DNA of 64,000 bases, from assembly GCA_965203295.1 (NCBI GenBank), contig CBDBCZ010000014.1, positions 832,001 to 896,000 of the forward strand, written 5' to 3'. The position numbers were made by a program, and so were the translations under genes. Numbering within the stretch: the stretch's first letter is position 1; each line of letters begins with the position of its first letter. This DNA is from Nitrospirales bacterium (GTDB lineage: Bacteria > Nitrospirota > Nitrospiria > Nitrospirales > UBA8639). Below are positions 41,901 to 56,792 of the stretch, piece after piece. The notes below the pieces were generated by a model, which saw nothing but the letters and a program-made list of their open reading frames with translations, ran no database searches and was not told the origin of the DNA.

Positions 41901-44900
41901 CCGAGTAAATATCCCCCAATGACATTACTGCATGACTGTCACTCACAGTTCTTGCCAACATCTAGACATATATAAGCCCAAAGAAATTGTCAGCAGTCTC
42001 AAGAAGCCACCTAAAGCGACATTAATTAGAGCACTTAAGATTCAAAGGGAATATGCAGCTAAAGTCTTTCCCACCTCAACCAAGTGACTCTGTATAAAGA
42101 TCTGACTAGGGCTATACAGTTAAGGACAAAAATAGCTTTTCACCATCACACTGGGGTATGTGGTAAAGTTAAGACTTCTTGTTTTTCAGTTATTTTCTTT
42201 CCCTGATTCCTTGGCAAGCTAACAGAGTGATATAATAGATCAACACTAGCAGAGTACTAGTATTAGAGTGGTAGTTGTGTGCTTACATCATCGCCAGACT
42301 ACGTATACTACAAGGGAGTGCTGATACGTATCTCAGTACAAAACTAGTGCAAATTATGTATCAGCACAAACAGTCAACACTAGCAGAGTACTAGTATTAG
42401 AGTGGTAGTTATGTGCTTACATCATCGCCAGACTACGTATACTACAAGGGAGTGCTGATACGTATCTCAGTACAAAACTAGTGCAAATTATGTATAATAA
42501 ATCTCAGCACAAACAGTCATAGAACCATCATGTAATATTTCCTATAAACAGTGTCCAACATTACAGCTGAGGCACATCACATGACAGTCATACATGCTCT
42601 AACATATTGCATGTATAGCATTGATTGTATGAATGGTACTGTAGACACAGACTCTCCTTTCTAGATAAACATGTGGTCTACAGTAGAATGTAGTATGCAA
42701 CATGCTTTGTATGCAAGTAAGTTCCATCATGCACCTGCCCATGCTGTTGACCAAATGTGTAACTAACACACATACATGTACGTACGAAGGTACGTACATA
42801 CAAAGTATATACAGGTTTATACTGGCAGTTTGAAGTGATTTTCTTTAGCATTTCTACTTCCGATATCCTTTCTTGCAAACGATTTTCACATGATTCCAGG
42901 TGCTCCTCCATAGAAACATAGCTATGTATGTAAAACATTGTATACATTACTTCGAAACTAACTGTGAAAGCACCACAACTACATGCAACATGAACAGTTA
43001 ACATGCAATGATTACTATGCAGCAGAGAGTAATCCAAAACTAGTAAAGCCTATTACAAGCTAAGATGGAAATGTGCGTGTGTGTTTCATATGCATGATAC
43101 CCATGCAGCCTTGACAGGGATAGTTCAGAGCTCTATGCAGTCTCTAGAATAGTCAGTATTTCTGCTCTGTTTTCCACATAATTTACATACCTCAGATCTT
43201 TAGCCATTGGGTTCTTCTTGTAAGCAGCCAGTTCTTTCCTTAGTTCAGCTATAACAGCATCTTTTCTTTGGCTCTCAGACTCAAACAGAGCCAGCCTACA
43301 GACTCTGTCCGTTAGACACTGCACTTGCACTTGATAATCCTGTAAAACGTGGCATGTAGTCTGAATATGTATGTAACTGGTAATTTCAGAATACAGTACA
43401 CAAACTTGAAAAGCAGATACATGTATGTACATAGTCAGCTGTGTACATACATGTACATGTACATAGACTAACCATCTTTTCGAGTGTATATAGCAAGTTT
43501 TCCAGCAAGGAAAATAAACCACTTAATACAAAATGTGCATCACAATAATGTGTTCTACGACACCAAGAGCAACTATCCTGTGCTATCTATTTTGGCATGC
43601 ATGTAGGAGAGGGGTGTAACTAGAATGACATTCCATGAGTAAAACATACCTTCTCAATGAGGGCATCATATATACGTAGCAAAGAGTTGCTTTCAGAATC
43701 CTCTCCTGCTCTTGCCCTTTGTTCCACAGCATCCAGTCCTAAAACAGGACCAAGAATAACAATACGTACACACATAATATTATACAGTAGTAATCATAGC
43801 AGGCTTATGGTACTGTATTGCATTGCAATTAACGAGCTCGCGAGTCAGCCATCACCTATACAAGTTTACGCTTGCGAGCCAGCCATCACCTACGGACTCG
43901 CAAGCCAACCCTTCGGCGACGGGGTTGGCAGAGTTCTGCAGAACTCTTCCTATGGCTACCAAGAGCGCATAACTGCACAGCACTAGCTAGCCAGATGCCT
44001 AACCAAAAGGTTCGCTGAATCATAGACATCAGTCACCACGTGGACGTTATTAACATCTATGGCTGAATAAATATTAGGTGTTTACGGTGTATGAGCCACG
44101 CCCTCTTCCACGGATTCCGAAAATTATTATACGTGCAGGTTAGCTGTCCAAGAAGAATCGATCGTAAATCAAGACCTACGAGAGAGGCAAGTGTTTAATA
44201 TCCTATGCTTCTGGTGCTCGAATGCCAGTAGGCTCTAAATATGCGCACCAGTGGGCAGACATGACCAGTCTAATTGGGGTCCTATGTTTAATAGCGGTTG
44301 CACTCACCGTACGTTATACTTCTCAAGTGGGTATCCAACTGAATGAACGCCGCTGGAATGTCACTGCAACTATGAATTTGTGTAGTGGTTCATGCGCTCC
44401 TGATATTATGTGGCATCATTGACATAACACAATCTAGTGAACAAATTGATCTTGGAGACCAAAATTTTCGGAATATTGGTCTGGGCAGACCATTTCTTCC
44501 TGAAACTTTTGATCTCCCCACGAAAATAATAATCCGACCATGTTGGAACTGTTCCACGAGCGAATTCCACCTGCTACTGTCTTCCGCACTAGACTACTAC
44601 AATGTGGTGGATAGCTACAATAGCCTGCATTGTAATAGCGAATGTATTGGCATGTTTTGTTGTCTTGGGCGACAGCTAATGCCAGAAGCCTCAAATTCAC
44701 TATGACCAGTACCATCGAGAAAGATTCCTGCATCAATGTACCTCATACAGCATTATTTAGCAACACTAGATGGCACTGTAGCAGATGTGAGAAGTAGTAT
44801 ATTTGCAGATATTCAGTTAAATTGCTTAATAATAACTATGCCATAGTACATCCAAAGGGGGACCAACATTTTCAAGGTAGGACGTGTAGGACCTACTGTG

Positions 44901-46582
44901 CTGAAAGATTCAAAATTGGCAACTCTGCTGGAAGATGTAGCTGGGGGGGGGGGGGGGGGGGGGTCAGTTTTCCAATAGAAATTTTGGTCCTTTGACCATT
45001 TCTTTCAGGACCAAGATTCCAGACACATCTGGATTTCAGTTGGAACTTAGCAGCTTTAAATTTGTTTCTACAGGTATTATAATAATGTGTATTTAAAGTG
45101 TGTGCAACTTGCTGTGTGGGTATAGATTTCTTAAATGTACAGCTTTACTTGCATCGTCAGAATGTTTAAGCGTCAGTCATATCATAGCCATGCAGCTTTT
45201 CTGTGATGAGTTGCCTCCTTTCAAACAATGTTCACAGCAGGCAAGTACTGAATAACTGTAAATGTGATTCTGCTATTGCAGGTCAATGTAACTTCATTGA
45301 TGTTTTTCAACTACCATGACCACAAATGAAGATAAGGTGCCTCACAGCAGCAGTGCTTCACCCTCAGCTCCAGAAGCAGTATCCCTACGACACAGGTGTC
45401 AATTTTTTTAGTTTTGTTCAATACTATTTGCATGTATGCACAGTAGGTATTACATGTACATCGCAAACTCTTCAGCTTTCAGCTGAGCTACTTGCTATGT
45501 ACATGTACAAGTAGATGTAGCTGTAGACATGTCCATGTTCATGTCAATTCTATACTGGAGGATGAATTGTAATTGCAAAAGGTTGTCACAGAAACGTGTA
45601 TGTAGCGTGTAAACACTGCAAATCAGACAACCTGTAAAAAATATGGACAGAATCTCCAAATTATGTGCAACTGCTAGCAACATTACAATATTGCCAGAGT
45701 AATGACTCTTGAGTGGTCAGCTAGCATAGAGTGATAAGTGTGGCTAGGCCTTAGTGTGAGATCATTATGGAGTATGTTGCAGAGCAGACCTGCACATCTG
45801 AACACTTGATTAGACCTCATCAGTTATCACCGACTTTGAGTTTACTTTACTTTAGCTGTCTATAGCACAACTACTGCTAACACATACCAGTGACTACCAC
45901 CTATTAACAAAATCTATCTTAGTCACAGTCTGTTACACATGCATGCGTATCGGCAACTGCCGTCAGCCAGTGATGTGTATTTTTTGGATGCAGTTGATAG
46001 CAGAGAAGCAGCCTCAAGCAACGTTTTGCTTTCTTCTTTTTCATTTAGCCCATTTTAATACATGATGAGACAACTGTATCAGATCCCAGTTCTCCACACC
46101 AAGGAAGGAATACTCACGGTAGGTTTGGTTTGTTGTAAAGTAAGTCTGCACTATTGGTTTTATTTGAGTTGGACATTCAATACCATTATTTTTACAGTAC
46201 TTCTGAAATTTTTATGATAATATATGTAATTATTATTTCAGTACATCTGGAATTTCTGTGGGCCATATGAGTATTATGTTTCCAAAATCTGGTCATACAT
46301 GTGCAGGAGGGTTGAGCCCCCCCCCCCCCCCCCCCCACACACACCACACACACACAAAAGCAACCTGGATTGATGTTAAAATTTCCTTCACACCAGTTGG
46401 TACCCATCTAGTGTCTAGTGCAACGTAGCCTTGTTTCCACACACGCACACACACACACTTTTAGTAGCTGTACCCACCCCTGATGTGACACTCGTTAATT
46501 GCATTCACCCAATGTACCATAAGCCTGCTATAGTTACTACTGTATATGTGTGTACATATTGTTGTTCTTGGTCCTGTTTTAG

Positions 46583-47523
46583 GACTGGATGCTGTGGAAC
46601 AAAGAGCAAGAGCAGGAGAGGATTCTGAAAGCAACTCTTTGCTACGTATACATGATGCCCTTATTGAGAAGGTATAGTTTTACTCATGGAATCTCATTCT
46701 AGCTACATCCCTCTCCTACATGCATGCCAAAATAGATAGCACAGGATAGTTGCTCTTGGTGTCGTAGAACACATTATTGTGATGCACATTTTGTACTAAG
46801 TGGTTTATTTTCCTTGCTGGAAAATTTGCTGTATACACTCGAAAAGATGGTTAGTCTGAGTGGGCCATCAGCCTGTTCTGATCATTGGCCCTTACTTACA
46901 TACACATGTACATGTATGTACACACTGACTATGTACATACATGTATCTGCTTTTCAAGGTTTGTGTACTGGATTCTGAAATTACCTGTTACGTACATATT
47001 TAGATTACATGCCACGTTTTACAGGATTATCAAGTGCAGTGTCTAACTGACAGAGTCTGTAGACTGGCTCCGTTTGAGTCTGAGAGCCAAAGAAAGGATG
47101 CTGTTATAGCTGAACTAAGGAAAGAACTGGCTGCTTACAAGAAGAACCCAATGGCTAAAGATCTGAGGTATGTAAATTATGTGGAAAGCAAGGCAGAAAT
47201 ATTAAAGAGACTGCATATAGCTCTGAACTATCCCAACTCTGTAAAAGCTGCGCATGGGCATCATGCATATGAAACACACACACACATTTTCCATTTTAGC
47301 TTGTAATAGGCTTTACTAGTTTTGGATTACTCTCTGCTGCATACTAATCATTGCATGTTTAACTGCTCATGTTATATGCAGTTGTGGTGCTTTCACAGTT
47401 AGTTTCAAAGTAATGTATACAATGTTTTACATACATAGGTATGTTACTATGGAGGAGCACCTGGAATCATGTGAAAGTCGTTTGCAAGAAAGGATATCTG
47501 AAGTAGAAATGCTAAAGAAACAG
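46583..47523 (+). CDS. FHAD1-like coiled-coil gene fragment, copy 2
   Basis: Same three exons as 19462-20403. Confidence 0.55.
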
Positions 47524-50500
47524 GTCTGTATCACTTCAAACTGCCAATATAAACCTGTCTATACTTTGTAAGTATGTATCTTCGTACGTACATGTATGTG
47601 TGTTTATTGCACATTTGGTCAACAGCATGGGCAGGTGCATGTTGGAACTTACTTGCATATCCACATTCTTCTCTTGTAGGACAAGATTGGAGTGATTGAT
47701 CCTATTTTTGCACCGAGAAAGGCCAGAAGGAGAGATATAGCGTGCACTGGTCCATGATCAGAATGTATGCATGCTGGGACCAAGCAGAGCTGAGTGATGA
47801 ACATATGTACATAAGTAACATCTGTTTTTTTTCTTCACTAATGTCACTTTCCGTTCACTAATTGTTGGATTGTCCTGATTTTCAACTAGAATGCACTGGA
47901 TGATGTACTTTGATGTCATCTCAAGTTTGGTTACAACCGCTTGATAAATACTGGAGATAATTATAAACCATGCAGTGAACTGTGCCCAATTGCCGTAGAC
48001 AATGTATTAGGGGGAGCAATGTTTGGCACCCCTACTACAGTGTCTGTAGAAAGTGGACAGAATTCACTAGTGCATAACTTTGGAACATAACAATTACAGT
48101 GCAATCAAACTTGAGATAACAACTCAGTATACTAGCTTTCTAATACCATATTGTATGTCATTTGTCTGCCGTGTTTGAATCAAATCATTATTCATTAATT
48201 TCCCTTCATTCAGTGCTGACTGGTAGATGGTACAGATTTCAGTCTTCATGGAATGCTATACAGTTATTCATATCACCTTCCTCCCCTTTTTTCACTACAT
48301 GGCTAACCCAGACTGGAATAAGAAAAACCCTGAGAACCAGGCAATTAAGCACTGCTACATATACTGATTATAGTCTTGTAACTGTGTGTAAATATAGGAA
48401 ATTTAATTAGCTAAGAGTATTTCTCAATAAGGTAATTTATGAATACCACAATGGTCTGCCAAACTAATGTACCCAAGTACCATTAATCAGCATTGTGCTG
48501 TATCTATGCCCTTGCTTGGCCTGTTACCCTGTGTGATCTGTGTATACTGTAGTGATAACATGCTGCCAATGGCGCATGCACTGAATGCCTTAGGCTGTAT
48601 TTTGTCTCAATTAATTGCCAGACAAAATGAGTGAATTGCATTTCCAAGGCAGTGAAGCGAGCAATAAGTGAACCAAGAAATCAGCAAATAGAGAATCAAG
48701 TGAAGCCTTAGACTGAGTGTGTATGGAGTACCACATGTGCTAGGCTATTTTGTTTATTCATGCAGTGATATTAATTTTGCATAGCTGATGACATAGTATC
48801 CAGACACACATAATATAAGAACTATAGCACAGTACAGTCACAGATACAATAATTATATGACTTAAAACTGCTATAGCTGTTTCGAAACTCAAAAGTGAAA
48901 ATTGGTGACTATGGAGTGCAAGGTTTCCTAATCAGTGCTGCTTCACTTCCCACTCACTGTCTAGTAGTAATGTAGGATATCTCTCAGCATCCAAATTATT
49001 GACTTTATACGTTTGCATCTATCCCTCCTGCCTTTCAAAGATTCTAACCCCATATCCCCCTACTGCTTCATTGCACGTTTTAGAAGAGCAGCCAAGTATT
49101 TTCTAGCTGCTCCTAGCTGAGTAGATTCCAAGGAAGCTGTCTGCCTTTTATTACAAGCCCACACTATTCTAAGTAGGACTAAGTACCGAAACTAGCAATA
49201 ACCTTCTTGCAACTGTACTAATATTCCTATAACTTAAAAACCTACGTACTTGATTCAATTTTCTCTCCTATATTCATTGTATCTACCTGCACACTACCTG
49301 AGACCAGCAACAAGCTGTAATCTGCAACTATATAATTAATGACAGAATTCTGCTTCATACAAGGCTATACGTACATACCTTACTGAATGTCAGCACGTGT
49401 TCTTCTTGCTGCAGTATGGTTGAGAGAGTATGGCATACTCTGCACCCCAGTGGTCACGCTTGGTGACTGTAGTAGGCCTATAGAATTGATTGTTGTCATA
49501 TTTTCAATGTCAGCTATTCAGTCCTGACTTCTAAAATTAGGGTATATAACCAAGGAGAGTAGCCAACATCAAGTGTGCATGCTGCTGGCTGCTATAGCTA
49601 AGTGCTGGTGGCTACTTGATATGTATTCATAAACTAGATACTTTGAGTGGAATCTATTATCTACAGCTAATAGTTTGAGATGACATAATCACTGTAGCCT
49701 TAAGCACTAGACTCTGGGAGAATAGCGGTTTGTGCGGATTTCAGACAAGTGCAAGAAAGAGTGGGGAATTGTTCACAGGAATATACGAGCGGGTTGCACA
49801 CACTCTCAATAAATGAAAGAGTGACTATTAGTGCTATTGCTATAGCCTGCCAGACACCATTACAGCACATATGTTGCAGGGTTTCATACACAAAGTAAAA
49901 GTTCCCACAAAATGGTGAAGGCGAGTCTAATTTTTTTTTTCACCTCGGGAGCATTATTTCTTACTTCAAGTAGAACAGCAGATCTTGGCAATAAAGTTGC
50001 AAACATTCTCCCAAACATTAATTGTTGCCTGAGCCTTTGGTTATTGGTTGTCCTAAAAAAGGGCAGTATTATTTATACCTCACACCATGAATCTTGGATA
50101 AATGTGTTGGAAACAAGAATACTCGTCAAGGGGTAGTTCCCAAGCATCTACCCTCAAGATATTGGTGTCAGCTTTAGCTATAAATTATCGGAGAGTTATT
50201 TCTCAGACCGAGTTGATGTACCCCAGAATATACTTCAGACACTGAAGTAGTATGTAAGAATATTAGCTAAAGAAATACTTGACCTTGAAATAGAGAAGGA
50301 TAGTTCAACAAAAGTCATGCCACTCTCGCTAGCTGTCCTCTTTAGTGGTTTCCTGCTAGAGTTCAGGCTCTCCTGACGACTGCAGAGCACCAATGAAAAC
50401 ATTATTGATGAACTTCCCATACAATCAACGGTAGATGTATTATAAATGCGTTACTCTGTAAACATGTACACCATATTTCGTTACCTTACAACATTGCATT

Positions 50501-50993
50501 TTCTGCATGGAATGCCATGACGGTAGACACTATCAACCAGTTGAGTGCACAGCATGCCCACACAGGCTCTCTGATCTTGGTCACTAGCTATATGCACGTG
50601 CTTGCTAACCAAATAACTATACATGAAGATAAGAGTTTTGAATGCTACCTACAGGTTCGTAGTTACTGTAGAAGGCAGACATTAGACTGAACTTATTACT
50701 ATAGCAGAAGTCTGATTAATTAGTCCTGAGGTGGCAGCTGTTCATGCACTCATGTACAAAGGAAGGTCTCCAGTGGTTACTTTGCTGTCACAGACTTGGT
50801 AGCTATTGCTATTTATCGTGATTCAAGTACACATCATAGCAACATTGCAGGGAATGCAGTTTTGTTGGTGATTCAATTTCAAACCAGAAGGCTTGTTATA
50901 GCCTTCTGGTTGATTAAGGAATTAATCATCCAAACACTCCTCTACGTATGGACATTTGGGTGAGAGATTTGCCTATCTACGGTTTAGAGATGC

Positions 50994-52114
50994 TCACACA
51001 ATCTGGTGGTAATGTTTGGTAGCAGTTCCAAATGTTGCACCATACGTATCCTTAATAGGACAGTATCCACCATACCTACAGAAGAAAAAAAAAGGAAATT
51101 TGCCTTATTCCAAGGCTCTCCCCGGCCAATGAATTCCAAACTAATGGCTGAAGCATTTTCTTGTGAACTGGAAACTACCACCTCAGTCTGTGAATTGGTA
51201 CTAACTGATAAAACTGTATTGTACATTTAACAAATCTGTGTGTGGCACTAATCCCAAATAAACCCAAACCTCTAAAATACAGGCATATGGTTCAAGATTC
51301 AGGGTACAATAAATCTTATAGGGGTTAATGTGCTGATTTTGGAAACTGGCTTATGAGCATACCTGGTAACCCACCTCATGTTGCTGATGAGGTTTAGTTT
51401 CTGAATTGAATTAGTGCGTTTACACATCCATGTATATCGAGTTCTTTTTAAACGGAATCCTGAAATGCCTAAACAGAGCTCATGAATTCATAAAAGGCAA
51501 TGCACAGTACAGTTGATAGATCGCACAAATGACAAGCTATTAAGCAATGCAGGGAAAGATCAATCCTGGCACTGTGTGGGTTCCATCTCAGGATTATATC
51601 TAGCACACTATCCATTAGAGCGCTCTTCAACTTGATGTTCGAGTCTAAATATTAAAGCTTATATATACTTGATAATGGAACAGTGGAACGTTAGCTGATG
51701 TAGCTACAGGCGCTAGTGTGGCCCAAAAAGCAGCATTCAGCTACTTAGTAGAGCAGCTAAGGTTTGTGTATCTGTCCCCATCTTGCATGAAATTACGCTG
51801 GAAATCAGACAGCAACCTTACCAATAGTTTGAAGAGTGAAGTCATGCAGCCAGCCCAGGCTTGGATCAGACCATCCCCACCACCCAGATTAAGGATTGGA
51901 CTAGTCTCGTTCCCAGCTCACAACCAAGGCGAAGGATACTAAAGCGGTGTTAGCCTTAGTTTTGCGCTGGTAACGAGAAAACGACCTGACCCAGAAATAT
52001 AGCAGTCGGATACTCTCACCCATAATTTAAGCTACTTTTGCCTCAGGCAGATGAGCGGCAGTATCTGTTCCACTTACCCTGGGATATGACTGTCAGAGCA
52101 ACCTACTGAAGACC
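50994..52114 (-). pseudogene. FAM166/CIMIP2-like fragment in native orientation; exons ~52114-52078 and 51075 onward (orphan exon copy at 23970-23889)
   Basis: Spliced reading HIPGYGGYCPIKDTYGATFGTATKHYHQIV* fits the PGYxGxxP...GxTFG motif of the family. Confidence 0.6.
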
Positions 52115-52300
52115 CTGTAACGTTTGGCAACACGTCCAATCAACCGTTCCTCGTCGCGTACGCTCGCTCCTAGCTAGATCGTGCGTACGTAAGCTTACCT
52201 GTAGCTCCTTGAGCCCCGCCCCCATTCCTAAATTGCTCTCGTGATTGGTACATGTGAGTCTTGCCCAGCCACGTCGCCTTATATCTAGCTAGCTCAAGTT
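52115..52300. promoter_or_regulatory. CpG-rich, probably bidirectional promoter (inverted partial copy at 23987-24136)
   Basis: CCAAT (52136), ATTGG (52244), GC box CCCCGCCCC, GGCAAC RFX-like half site. Lies between divergent exons. Confidence 0.45.
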
Positions 52301-52542
52301 ATGACTGACAGTCCCCTTCATCTTGGATACCTAACTCCAGGCAGCCAGGAAAGGCCATCTTGTGCGGCAGAAATTCGGGAAGACTTCCTCGGTGCCTTAT
52401 CCCGTGTGTTGGACGAGCTAAGCGGGCTTGCCGAGACTCGCTGTTTTGAAGTGCTCTGCATGCGACGAGACGGTCCTGACGATACTGGGGGTGAAGTGTC
52501 TAGACGAGGCTATGTACCAACAGGCACAGCACTTTTCTCCAG
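52301..52542 (+). CDS. Possible first exon of an unidentified gene
   Basis: ATG just downstream of the CpG-rich region, GC-rich open frame, CCAG|GTACGC donor. No recognisable domain. Confidence 0.3.
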
Positions 52543-52594
52543 GTACGCGGTGGAAAAGAAAATTTACCCTTGCTCTAATCACATGCTATTTTAC

Positions 52595-53135
52595 TAGTCT
52601 CTCGGGCTAGACTATTTTAACGAGGGAGGAGTGTAATCTGGTGACTATTGCCGCAGTTTCGTTCCTTTATGCAAATTATGTAACTACTGTAGGGCGTCAC
52701 ATAAGGGAGTGTATAGTACTTTATAGCGAAAAGCATGTTATGTCGTTAGTCTTGCAAGCCAGTTGATCTCACGAAAGGTGATCTTGTGTGTAACAGAGTT
52801 TCTTGCCTTTTAAACTTCACATGAAACACTAGCAAGTAGCATAGCGAGTTACCGCTACACTGAAGGCTCACAACACGTCTCTCCCTTGTACAAATCACTT
52901 GACCACTGTAGTTCCAGCTTTGGACGTAGCTGCATGAGTGTATTCGAAAAGCTTTATAGCTTTAGATTGCAGCACAAACTCGGCTCTTAGAATAGCAGCA
53001 GACATCTTGGTCATGTGACTACTCACCAACATTAATTTTCTTCCAACATTTTGGCGGATGCAATGAAATGCTGGCAATAGTCACCAGACCATACTCCCCC
53101 CCCCCCCCCCCAAAAAAAAATTGTCTGGCCTACGT
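52595..53135. mobile_element. MITE-like element with inverted ends
   Basis: TCTGGTGACTATTGCC (~52637) / GGCAATAGTCACCAGA (~53073), with weaker pairing outward. Confidence 0.6.
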
Positions 53136-53910
53136 TTACCCATAGATAATGTCGACTCCGGGATGTTATGGAGTCTAAATTATCTATAGATTACCCCTAT
53201 AGACAGGAGTGCGAGGTAAATGGTTATTGAACTTTGTTTTATTGAGGGTAGCTAGCTTCATAATGTTGCTACTATACCACATGACCTAGCAAATACCCGA
53301 ATTTAATTACTCTCTATTTAAGTCACCTACTTTTGGGAATGGTTTAAAAGCCTCTGGATGATCTGCACAGTCTAGTCACGGGAGTGTATGTATAATCATT
53401 GCATACACGTAGTACACTGGTCTACAACTACACGTATCTGCAATGCAAGAGGTGATCAGTGACAAATTGATGCCACCCAGACATAAATACATGTACTTCA
53501 AACCATTTTGCAGTCATGGCGAAATATAGTACAGCTACGTAGGGTTGGTACAGTTTTCCACTATTACAGGTTATTCTCCTATATACGAATAAAGTTACAG
53601 AAAAGCACTTTGCCAAACAGTGCAAAACAAGTCATGTAGGGATGAAGAAAATGCTTCCCCAAAACCAAGTGACAATGCAAATCACAATGTATGCACACCA
53701 CACATCACAGTGCAATGCATTTTCAACTGGGATGAGCATTTTAGCCATGATATCTATCCATGAATTTTGTTGCATTTGTCAGGGATAGCAAACCATTGGA
53801 TGCAAGTTTCTAGGGCAGCCTTAATATTGAATTAAAAGGGCTGCTGTGTCATTTTTTCTTATAATGTATATGCATACCTACTCTTCTGTGTGTGGTACAT
53901 ACTTGTACAG

Positions 53911-54066
53911 ATGATGCTCTACTGTGGTAAAGTTGGCAAACCTCCAAAGAACCCTACCAAGTTGCATGATTGTTTCATGTCTTGGCTCAGCAAGCTCTCC
54001 ACTCATCTGGAACCACCAGGAGCAGAGATAGCTGTCATCATTATCGACAATGCTGATCTTATCATG
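53911..54066 (+). CDS. Exon of a NACHT/STAND NTPase, NPHP3-like Walker-B region
   Basis: AG/GT-bounded 156-bp phase-0 exon: PKNPTKLHDCFMSWLSKLSTHLEPPGAEIAVIIIDNADLIM. Remaining exons not resolved. Confidence 0.5.
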
Positions 54067-55025
54067 GTATGTATACCTGTATAATATTATATGCATGTAT
54101 GATTCATGAAAACTGATTTTTGACCTTTTGCTGAGCAGAGCTCAGTTGTTGGTTTATGATGTGGGTAGTTTGAAGTACATGTGGGTGAAGGGTACTGACT
54201 CCATTCCATGCACAATGTCGTGGTTACTCTTGCGTATGTAGTAGGTATTTACTTACAGGACTATATAGCCATTCACTGCCATTGACCATGCATGCAGCCG
54301 CATATGCAGACAGAACTTCAAAGATCTCCATTCAGAGAACAAGAGCAAGTGCAAGGGGATGTTTCATTATCCTGATTACCATTAATACTGTAATTTTAGC
54401 TTATCTCTCTGTCATTATGGGTGTGATGTCACACACGCATGAGTGGGCAAAAAATATACAAGAAGACATGAGTACTGTATACGTAATACATTGAATGCCG
54501 GAATGCTTTGAAAACCTGCTATGATGGTGCACTTTGAGTACACTTATCAAAACTCACAAAGAATTTCATATTGGTAATGCATCAAGTCGTAATTGAGTAG
54601 GACTACCGTGTTCCTCACTCAGGACTGTGAACAGCAGTTGAGTTGGATACTTCAGAGCCTTCCAAACAACATAAGAGTGATTCTGACTGCTAGTGAGGAC
54701 AACTATCCAGACTCTTGGAGGTGAGGAGTGTGTATTAAAGATTACTGTCAGTTTTGTAGACTGTATTTACCCAAGCGTACTTCAAATAGGTATTCTGTAC
54801 ATTCGTACGTATACGTTCCTGCTACAGGGCACTCCCCTCCCCCAGTATGCCAACACCTACCAGCACTGATATACAGGAAGTAATTTAGCAAATGCAGATG
54901 AACAGTAATACCAACATGACCATGGAGCAGGTGTGTCATCTATGACGTAGCTTGCATCAAACTATTCATTTTGCAAGGCTGTGTGTGGTTTGGTGGCTAC
55001 GTTGATTGTATTTCTTTTCATGCAG

Positions 55026-56635
55026 GAGGTATGTTCCGATTCCAAAATGGATGATTATAGACTATCTCTACCCATGCAAAATATAATGATTTTGTTAGAT
55101 CGTGCTAAAATCATCCATTTTCCGATGATTTATATTTCTCAATAGAAATGTTAAATCTTCAATAATTATTATCCAATTTTGGATGTTTTATGCCGTCCAT
55201 TTTTGGATGATTTATTAAACTTGAAGCAAGCGTCCAGTTTTGGATGTTTTGTGCCATCCATTTTTGGATAATTTTTGCCATCCATTTTTTTTGTTTCATG
55301 CCATCTATTTTTGGATAATTTATCTAAGTTTAAGCAAGCATCCAGTTTTGGATGTTTCACACTATCCATTTTGGGATGTTTTAGTAAACTTTAAGCAATT
55401 TTGGATGGTTTTTGCCATCCATTTGTGGATGATTTATTAAACTTGAAGCAAGCATCAAATTTTGGTTGTTTCAAGCCATCCACTTTTGGATGCGTTAAGC
55501 AAACATTCATTTTGGATGCTCTTTGCCATCCTGATGATGTAATTGTGGATGCTTTAAATTTTAGATGTAACACCACACAACAGATATGTCAGTAATTAAC
55601 ATACTGTAATTGAAACCAGTGGAACTGCCCCTGACCCTGGGGTTGACGAAGAGAGTGAGCTTGGTGTAGACTTTCTGAGCCTCAACCCCCCGCTTGTAGC
55701 TTTTTTCAATGGGTGCACATACAGTCTTGTTGGGTACAAGCGAACGACCAAGCTTCAGTGCTTGCTTTGCGATTCTCGCTGCTAGTATGTCATGCTGTTT
55801 AGCGAATGGTGTGACCACAATAATGTTCACCTTGATTCATAGGAGGCACTCACTAATGAGGTAGCTTTCCAGTGCGTGTCCTCTACCGCAATTTCGTACT
55901 CTCTGCCTTCCTCACTGCAGTCCCTCCATGATAAGCAAGAAACTGTTATTTTTTGCTATACACAATTGAGATAAACAACACAAACTAGATGTATGTATGT
56001 TGGTGTTATTAAATGTAGTTTTGTTCCTTGTCGATTTCAGTAGCCTTGGTTGTCATTATGGCTATATCATCAGAAAGTGGAAGTTTATTACATCAACTAA
56101 GAATGGATGCTGTGAAACATCCAAGATGGATGTTTGTCTGAAATTAAATAATCATCCAAAAATGGGAGCAATGAAACGTCCAAAATTGGATGCTTGCTTC
56201 AAGTTTAATAAATCATCCAAAAAGGGTTAGCAAAAATCATCCAAAAGTGGGTGATCGCTTTAAGTTTAAAAATCATCCTAAAATGAAACATCCAAAATTG
56301 GATGCTTGCTTCAAGGTTAACAAAACATTCAAAAACGGATGGCATTAAACGTCGAAATTAGATGCTTGCTTCAAGTTTAATAAGTCATTCAAAAATGAAT
56401 GGCATGAAACATTCAAAAATGGATGCTTGCTTCAAGTTTAATAAATCATCCGAAAATGGATGGCATGAAATGTCCAAATTTGAATGATTAATAAAGATTT
56501 AACATCTCTATAGAGATGTATATGCTAAAACCATCCAAAATTGGATGATTTTAGCATGATCTGAAACAAATCAGCCAATTTTGGATGGTTATAGATGGTT
56601 TATATTCATCCATTTCTGGAACTGGACTATACCTA
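55026..56635. mobile_element. Foldback-type DNA element with long inverted arrays of ~60-bp repeats
   Basis: Left arm (TTGGATG-rich, to ~55565) is inverted relative to the right arm (CATCCAA-rich, from ~56090). CATGCAG flanks both ends (55019-55025, 56636-56642). Confidence 0.8.
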
Positions 56636-56792
56636 CATGCAGCTTATGTCAGTCTAATATTACTTGCGTAGTTGTATAGTTATTTATGTCTTTTTTGTTA
56701 GCAATATGCATGGATGCTGGACAGTTGATTGTAGTAACAGTTTGCTACATATACATGACCTGCTTGTGAGCCCTGCATTTATTTCTACTTAC

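Noticed and set aside
55169..56480. KHPKLDACFKFNK ORFs and regular ~60-bp repeats
   Set aside because: Inverted terminal arrays of a foldback element; neither protein-coding nor CRISPR.
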